Shown piece after piece: positions 50,452 through 60,370 of a DNA stretch of 60,370 nucleotides; within the stretch, counting starts at the first letter, position 1, and each line of letters opens with the position of its first letter. Below the pieces are notes generated by a model. That model did no database searches. It was not told the DNA's origin and worked only from the letters and a program-made list of their open reading frames with translations. Both the position numbers and the translations under genes were made by a program. Source of the DNA: Vitrella brassicaformis CCMP3155 (Eukaryota; Protista; Chromerida); NCBI GenBank assembly GCA_001179505.1, contig CDMY01000518.1:1-60370 (forward strand), read 5' to 3'.

Positions 50452-52110
50452 ATGAAGGCATTGGCCACAGCGTGTGTTGCTCCAGCTTTCCTTTCTGTGG
50501 ATGCGTCAGCTCCCGGTCCTTCGTCTGCTGCTTTCATCGTCACGGCGCACCGGAAGCCATGGACGAGAAGACGGACCTCCCGAAGATCTATCGGCAAGCA
50601 CTCTGCTTCTGCCGCAGCTGGTGCTGCAACTGCATCAGCAACCCCTGCCCTCCCTCCCCTCGAGAGCACTGTTGTCGTTGAGGAGATCTTGCCAGACGGC
50701 CGTCCTCCGCTGCTATCTCTGAGCGTCGAGGAGCTTGCCAGCAGTGTAGGTGGCACCGGACGAGCCAGGAGGATATGGGAGGCTCTGCGCAAAGGCCAGC
50801 TACCCATCGACATCGATGACAGCACAGAGAAGCCACTTTCCCACCGGGCTCTGACAAGGCTGCTGGAGGCCACCCAGCTGCTGCCCTATGAGGTGATCAA
50901 CGAGACCGTGAGTGCGTGTGGCACGGTGAAGCTGTTGGTGCGGCTGAGGGATGGCCATGGCGTGGAGACCGTCATTATCCCGAGCGAGAAGGGGCACAGC
51001 ACGCTGTGTGTGTCCAGCCAGATTGGCTGCGCGAGGGCATGCAGGTTCTGCAAGACCGGGCAGATGGGCCTCATGAGGAATCTTGGGGCGGACGAGATCC
51101 TTGCACAGGTGAGTGGGTGGCCAGCCAGTCGAGAGAGGACAGGCATACCCACCCATTGCGAGTTCCCTCCTCTTGGCTTCACGCAGGTGTTCTTTGCACA
51201 CCGATGGGTGCGTGAGAGCGATGGCCGCACACCGCCGATCCGAAACGCGGTGTTCATGGGGATGGGTGAGCCCCTCAACAATCCGCGCGCTGTGAGGAGG
51301 GCAATACAGACGATGACAGACCCATTCGCTTTTGGGCTGGGGCGATCACACATTACGGTGAGCAAGAGTCGCCATACCCGGCGTGATCTACATCTTTCTT
51401 CCTTCTCTTTGGGTGCTCGTCTGCGTAGGTGTCGACGGTCGGCCCATCTCCTGCCTCGATTCGTTTGCTTGAGGACATCCCCGTGCACATAGCATGGTAC
51501 TAGAGCACAACACACACGCCACGGATGGAACAGACGCACACACACCCAGAGATATCCTCCCTTGTCCCTGGCTGCGTACTAGGTCGGTGCACGCTGCACG
51601 CGATAATGTCCGACGGCTGCTCGTCCCCACCACTGTCCACCCCATGACTGACCTCCGTGACGCCTTTGCCGACATGCTGATCGCACGCAGCAACAAACAT
51701 CAGGGCCCGGGGCGGTTTCCCAAGCGCTATCTGAACATCATGGTCGAGTGCACCCTGCTGGACGGGCTGAATGACAGCAGAGAAGACGCTGAGGCGCTTG
51801 TCGAGCTGGTGAGGGGGCTGCCTGGCGAGCCCAAGGTGAACCTGCTGCCGTACAATGACATCGGTGTCCCCGGCTACCGGAGAAGCCCTGAGGCAAAGGT
51901 AGGTACGCATGGATGAGATAGACACAGAGATGGGATGTGTCTGTTGAGTGGAGTTGTTCGTATGCGTGATGGGTTGATGGATGGATGCAGGTGGCTGCGT
52001 ATCTGGAGTGTGTGCGAGAGGGAGGGGTAATGTGTTCGGTGAGGCGGGCCAGAGGCGATGAGGATATGGCAGCATGTGGCCAGCTGGCCACCACAGCTGG
52101 GCTGGGCTAG
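50452..52110 (+). CDS. rlmN: RlmN-family radical SAM RNA methyltransferase, probably organelle-targeted
   Basis: VETVIIP, TLCVSSQIGCARACRFCKTG (CxxxCxxC), RNLGADEILAQV, FMGMGEPLNN, VNLLPYN and RGDEDMAACGQL are present. There is an N-terminal extension of about 100 aa; an in-frame upstream ATG at 50401 is also possible. Confidence 0.93.
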
Positions 52111-52266
52111 CTTAGGGGGAGCTGACAGAACGGTCGAGTGAGGCTGAGAGATTTCTGTCATGTCTTGAGAGATCTTTTGCATGAGACTTCACAAGCAGTA
52201 GAATGCACTGACAAATGGATGCATGATGGACAAACACCACAAATAAAGGCAGTCGAAGGGTCTGTC

Positions 52267-54922
52267 TCACATGAAGTCTCGTACATGTCTCTCATCCAGA
52301 CAACCCAGGTCGCCCTCCTCCCCTCCCTCGTCAGCACGCGTCTCAGATGCTACCCCTCTCCTCCTCTCCACCGCATGTCTGAGCAAGTCAGCCGACGCCA
52401 CACCAATCCGTATGTCCAACGCCCGGATGTCATCCCTCAGCCGATTCGTCATGTCCCGCATCCTCGGTATCGCTTCGTCAGACGAGTGGCTCTCCGCCTG
52501 CTGCTCCTGAGCGTCCTGCAGGTCGTCATGGCGACACGAGAGGGCCTCCAGAGTCTCTGTGAGATGCGTCACACGCTCTCTGGCCGCCTCAAGATCGCTC
52601 TCAGCAGTGGCCAGGGAAGCCCTGAAGAGAAGGAAGCGAAAGATGGCGTCTGTCCATCCATCCCTGCATTTCGTCTGCCTTTGTGTTGGCGCACCTGAGG
52701 GTTGTGGCCTCCTCGGCCAGTTGCCTGAGAGCCCCGTCATCATTCATCTGTCCCTCCGTCAAGCGGATGGTCTCCAGCTCCTCCCCCAGCGAACCACTCA
52801 CGCCCTCCAGCCGCTCCCTCACCGCCTCGCCACTCGCATCAATCGCCGCAGCAGCATACCTCATGAATACTTCTACACTGCCGCCGACACCAAAGGCCCC
52901 ATCTCTGGCCCCAGCCGGCAGCACGACATTCAGCCGGTCACCCACACGGTCGCACTCCTGGCGCCACGCTGATGGCTCGATGGATGTCTCGATCATGTCG
53001 TGGTGGTCTTCAGCGACGTCAGCGCCACAGTGAGAGGGGGGCGGCCGGCGGATCGAGAGTGGGAGCAGCGACTCGTCGATGACGGCCGCGTCGTGCTGGT
53101 CGGCGGCATCGGTGTCTTCCGACCTCGAGAGAGGACAGGCGACAATGAGCATGTCATCATGTTCGACCCCCTCCTCATCTGTCGCCTCGCCAGGCCCTTC
53201 GGGGAAGGTGATGGCCTCGTGGGCCCTCAATGATGGAGGCGAGAAGTGGAAGTCCCTCCTCAGCAGCTCCTGGTTGATCACCTCGTTTAGCACGAGACAC
53301 GCCTGCTCCCCATAGCCCGATGACAACTGAGACAGGCTGCCAACAGAGGCCATAGAGATTCCCCGGCGACTCAGCTCGTCCCGCAGCCGACCCAATGCCT
53401 CTTCTCTCGACACCGGAGGGGAGAGAGAGGACGGCCTCTGCCCTCCTGTGCGGGTGGGTGGGCGGTCAGATGCCGTGGGGTCGCTCTGCAGGCTGAACAG
53501 CCACATGAGCAGGTCATAGTGGTACTGGAAGGCGTCCACACGCTGGCCGGGAGGCGGCGCCTGGGCAAAGAATGCTCGATGGAGGGGAGGATACCCCCTG
53601 GGAGCGGCAAACAGCCGCTGGTAGTCAAGCATCATGAGCTTGTCGACAATGTCATCCATGACGAGCAATGGTGGAGCGCGGTGAGCTCGTGATGTTGTGG
53701 GGCGTTCCAGGACCTCCTCACGCTCGCCCTCATCAGGCCGCTCAGCCTCAGGTTGGGGCGGGGGAGTACGAGGGATGACACAGGCGGCGGGGGGCTTGCA
53801 GAGCGCCTCAAGGCGCGAAAGGACTTCTCTGATGGACGGCCTATGAGCAGGGGCAGTCGACAGCATCGACACTATCAGGCTGCGGAGCTCCTCAGAGAGG
53901 CTGTACGGAAGCGGTGGGTAGTCGCCCTTGCTGATCTTCATGTATAGCTCGTCTGCAGCAGCAGATGCATTCAGACACAGTAATGGAGACCGAGTCTTCT
54001 GGCCACAAGTGGCACTGCGTGTTTGCTTACAGAGTGACATCTGCTTTTCGCCTCTGAAGGGTGACTTGAGCGTGGCCAGCTCGTACAGAATGCACCCAAG
54101 GGCCCACACGTCGGACTTGAAGTCATACCCACCACCACCCAACACCTCCGGCGACACTGCAGCAACCCAGCGCATGAGGCAGAAAGTGGCAGGCATTCTT
54201 TCCTGGTCTTGCCGACATGCTCACTGTATAGTGGGGTGCCGACTTTGGAGTGCGCCTCGAACGTCTGGCTACTCATGATCCGCCCAAGCCCCAGATCACC
54301 AACCTTCAGACGGCCGTCCTGAGCCAGGAATATGTTGGCCTGCACACCAGAATGCACCACACGCCATCTCTCCCACTCTTTCCTTCTCTACTTACAGGTT
54401 TGAGGTCTCTGTGCAGGATTCTTTTGTCGTGCATGTGCGCGATGGCGGATGCCAGTTGCCGCCCGTATTCGACGCACTCGCTCTCACTGAAGGCCGACTC
54501 GTCCTGGGCGGTCCTCTTGATGAGGCGCTTGAGGTCGCCGCGCTCTGCCCACTCGACGATGATGTAGAGCTCGCCCGCCGAGATGAAAGAGTCCAGATAG
54601 GCCACGATGTGGGGGTGGTCCAGGGACTGCAACAGACGAACCTGCCGAGATGGAAAGGAGAGAGAGGAGATATGCATTCATGGATTGTATTTCTTCTCCT
54701 TTGCCCACCTCCTTGAGGCATTTCTCCTTGCTCTTCTGGTCCATCTCGTCGAAGGCGTTGACCTTCTTCAGTGCAACTACTCGCTCGTCATCAGATGGAG
54801 ATCTGGCCATGTAGACTACTGAGAACTTGCCTTTTCCTATGGGCTTCAGCACTTGATAGCCCTCTATGCTTGTGCCGGACTGCAAAAGGGAAATGCTTGG
54901 CGCCGACACTTTGAGTTGCCAT
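52267..54922 (-). CDS. NIMA-related (NEK6/7-like) kinase fused to a full IFT57/HIPPI-like region
   Basis: Kinase motifs: IGKGKFSVVY, VALKKV, HRDLKPANIFL, VGDLGLGR, VGTPLY, YDFKSDVWALGC. IFT57-like motifs: MDDIVDKLMMLDYQRLF, LSSGYGEQACLVLNE, IETSIEPSAWRQECDRV, RLRDDIRALDIRIGV. The kinase C-lobe and the IFT57-like N-terminus lie in one uninterrupted exon. The start codon is uncertain. Confidence 0.85.
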
Positions 54923-55086
54923 GTAAATTCACGTCGACTTGTTAGCTCGCAAAAGGCAGAAAGGCAGAGTAGGGAGAGAGGCCTGCTGGATATGGCCTAG
55001 CGTCTCCGTTTCCCTCGCCCTTGAATGTTGCAGTAGTGTTTTCGAGTGCGCGACGCGCTCCGGCATCCCGTCGAGGTGTCGCTGAT

Positions 55087-56382
55087 ATGTCGGAGTTTCC
55101 GCAGCTGCCCGATGCTGTATGGAGCTTCATCAATTCCCTGCGTGAGGCGGATATCCCAGGTAACGCGGCTACAACCAGCGGCGCAGCGTCTTATGTGTCG
55201 TGACGTCCCTCTATCTGTCTGCAGGATTCATCCCCACCTGCCCCATCACGATGGCCATTCCCCGCCAGCCTGTGCAGAGCACCACCTCCCAGACCACATA
55301 CGAGTACAAAGCCATACGCGACCACCTGAACCACGTAAGAGGCCAAGCAGCAGCACCACCGACCGACCCATCCAGCGAACACACCCATCCATCTCTTTTG
55401 CCTTTGCCTGCCACAGAACAACTCGAGTCCGACCAGTCGGCAGAAGTTGAGCAAGAAGAAGCTCATTCCGGACCGCACCGCCCTCGGCGTCATCGAGGCA
55501 TGGGCCCGGGAGCAGATGAACAAGAACCAGAAGAGGGGTGCGCAGGAGGGCGGCGAGTCGGCGGCCGAGAAACGGGTGAAGCTCAATGGAGGTGGCGCGG
55601 CGGCAGCGCCGGCCGGCGCTGCTGGGGTGGGGCAGGGGGAGGCGGCGGGGGTGGGGGCTGCGGGAGCCCGTGAGGTGATAGATTTGGCTGACGACTTGGC
55701 TGACGACGACGGTGATGGGGATGCGGCACCGCCGGCCATCAACTTAGGTCAGCCTCCGGCTGCGCTCATCACCAAGGTCAGGTCAAGGATTGCCAATATG
55801 AATGGATGGGCGGGGCGGTGGCTGACCTCCAGTTCTGCTGTTTTTTGTGCATTGTGCAGGTCAAGGTCGCCAAGACGGTGCTGCAGAACATGATGCAGTG
55901 GTTTGGCGAACTCAACCCTCAAGCAGAGCCGTCGGACCAGCAGGTTAGTCGTGTGAGGGGTGGATGGCGCACATACCAACACACGAACATGACCCCAGTG
56001 GCGGCAATCCGTTTTTGGTCGTGTGTTGGTCAGGTAGAGGAGTTGAAGAAGACGTTGAGCCGGAGCAACCGTGTCGAGAAGGCCTTCACGGAGTGGGTGT
56101 GCTCGGCTGTCGAGCCCAACACCGAGGCCAGGAACACCCGCAGCAGAGCAAGGGGTGGGATGGGCAAGCGGTGGACAAGCACCTTTTCCCCTGCATGTCT
56201 GCATGGCATTGTGTTCTCAGACACCTACTCGCGTGTTCCCAATGGCGCATTCAAGATGGGCGTGTCGGCCATACTGCGGGTGAGGGGGCGAGTGTGGCCG
56301 TCATGTGTGGATGGGTGTGAATGCGTCCCATTCTGTTGTGTGACTTCGCTGGATGCAGGCGATATACCCTGCCGCTACTTGA
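55087..56382 (+). CDS. U-box domain protein (putative E3 ubiquitin ligase)
   Basis: The spliced N-terminus GFIPTCPITMAIPRQPV...TTYEYKAIRDHLNH-NNSSPTSRQKLSKKKLIPDRTALGVIEAW fits the U-box consensus CPIT..DPV..TYER.AI..HL...P.TRQ.L....LIP. Confidence 0.75.
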
Positions 56383-57073
56383 AGAGCAGCTAGGGGAGGC
56401 TGGTCTGTCCGTCCCTTTGGCGGCCACGAATGGTCAAGCTGTGTCATGCGACTCATGCCTCATGATATTTCCCCAACCCCTATTTTGCCAACGATCGCTG
56501 CCTAAACGTGTCACTCACTGACCACCACCTACCTATTCTCTAATTGTTTATTCATCGCTGTCTGCCTGCCTGCCTGCCTGCCTGCCTGTGACCCTGACTG
56601 TACATATAACTGATGAGGATTGGCTTGCATACATGCGAGTGCGGCGTTCGGATGCGTGTGTATTTGTGATGGCTGGCTGGATGGATTGGCTGTCTTGTCT
56701 GTTGGTATGTATGTATGTTTGTGTGTATTGCATGGCTGGACGCGATGCGCATGGCCATATAGATTGCCGCATATATGCTTCATGGATGGATGGATGGATG
56801 GGTGGAATGCAACGCATAGTGAGTGTGCGGAGAACGAACGTGCAGAGAATTGGTGAACGGTACGCTACTCCCAAAAAGTCCTACTCAGTCTCGGTCCTCA
56901 TTCATATGAATTTCACAAACAGCAAGACAACCTATACATGCGCCCATCTACGGCACACACACACACACAAACATGAACGCAGCTAGAATATACCTTCAGC
57001 CCCCTTCCCCCTCCCTCGGGCAGCACACATCAGTTCAGTGGCTGCTCTGCTCTTGATGCAATCCACCCTCTCG

Positions 57074-59833
<2,760 letters not shown>

Positions 59834-60216
59834 TTACAAGCAACAGGCGTCTTGGGGCTGCCGGGATTCGAAATCTTCCTCGCCGGCTAAGCTCGCATGC
59901 AGAGCGATCCCTTCCACCGCCAATCGTTTCCCCATTGCATTGTATTGCATTGAAGGGAGGACCACAGCTGTGCCGAGCCAGTCTGACGATTGATCGGTCA
60001 TTCATGAGACGACTGGTGCGTGTCAATTTGGATGGACAAAAAGATGCACACAATCAACGCGACGTTTATCATCCATCACACATACGGTCCGGTCCTTCTA
60101 CACCGCACACGAGAGTAGCAAGAGGACTGCTGGGCCGTCGACACGTTGAGAAGGGTCGCCGAAATATAAATTGTAGGCAATGATCTGCAGACAGACACAA
60201 ACCAATCCCAAACAAA

Positions 60217-60370
60217 GAGGGGGGAAACTGTCATTAACCGTAACACTCGTCTGTGTGTCCGTGATACTCATACAAATACAGTCCCATCAGCACGCAGACT
60301 CAAACAGGCTCAAGGGGAGGAGGGATCAATCCCCGCCCCATCAGCACACCCCAGTCCCGCAAACCCTCCC
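60217..60370 (-). repeat. Right copy of 154-bp inverted repeat (pairs with 22-175), truncated by the window end
   Basis: Its reverse complement matches 22-175 with 4 mismatches. Similarity ends abruptly on the inner side at GAGGGGGGAAACTG. Confidence 0.95.

Overview
Intron-rich, GC-rich eukaryotic nuclear DNA, most consistent with a chromerid alveolate such as Vitrella brassicaformis. This is an inference from the apicomplexan-type TrxR tail, the retained cytochrome c1, microsatellite-laden introns and a lineage-expanded gene family. About 19 spliced protein genes can be read by eye: DNA ligase IV, cytochrome c1, a Fuseless-like membrane protein, an EF-hand protein, an RBM5/10-like splicing factor, an ENT nucleoside transporter, a USP12/46-like deubiquitinase, a frameshifted kinase, a bacterial-type OPT transporter, IQCA1/DRC11, a Ubl-coiled-coil-RING protein, RlmN, a NEK kinase fused to a full IFT57-like region, a U-box protein, thioredoxin reductase and several hypotheticals. 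There are six 300-N scaffold gaps. No rRNA, tRNA or CRISPR array was seen. The most notable observations are: (1) a NEK kinase-IFT57 fusion whose junction lies inside one exon; (2) a 154-bp inverted repeat (4 mismatches) bracketing the whole window; (3) introns polarised as 5' CA/GACA repeats and 3' GT/GTCT repeats, which could base-pair; (4) a GCGAGCT motif recurring just upstream of most genes, many of them in tight head-to-head pairs. Gene boundaries are manual splice inferences.
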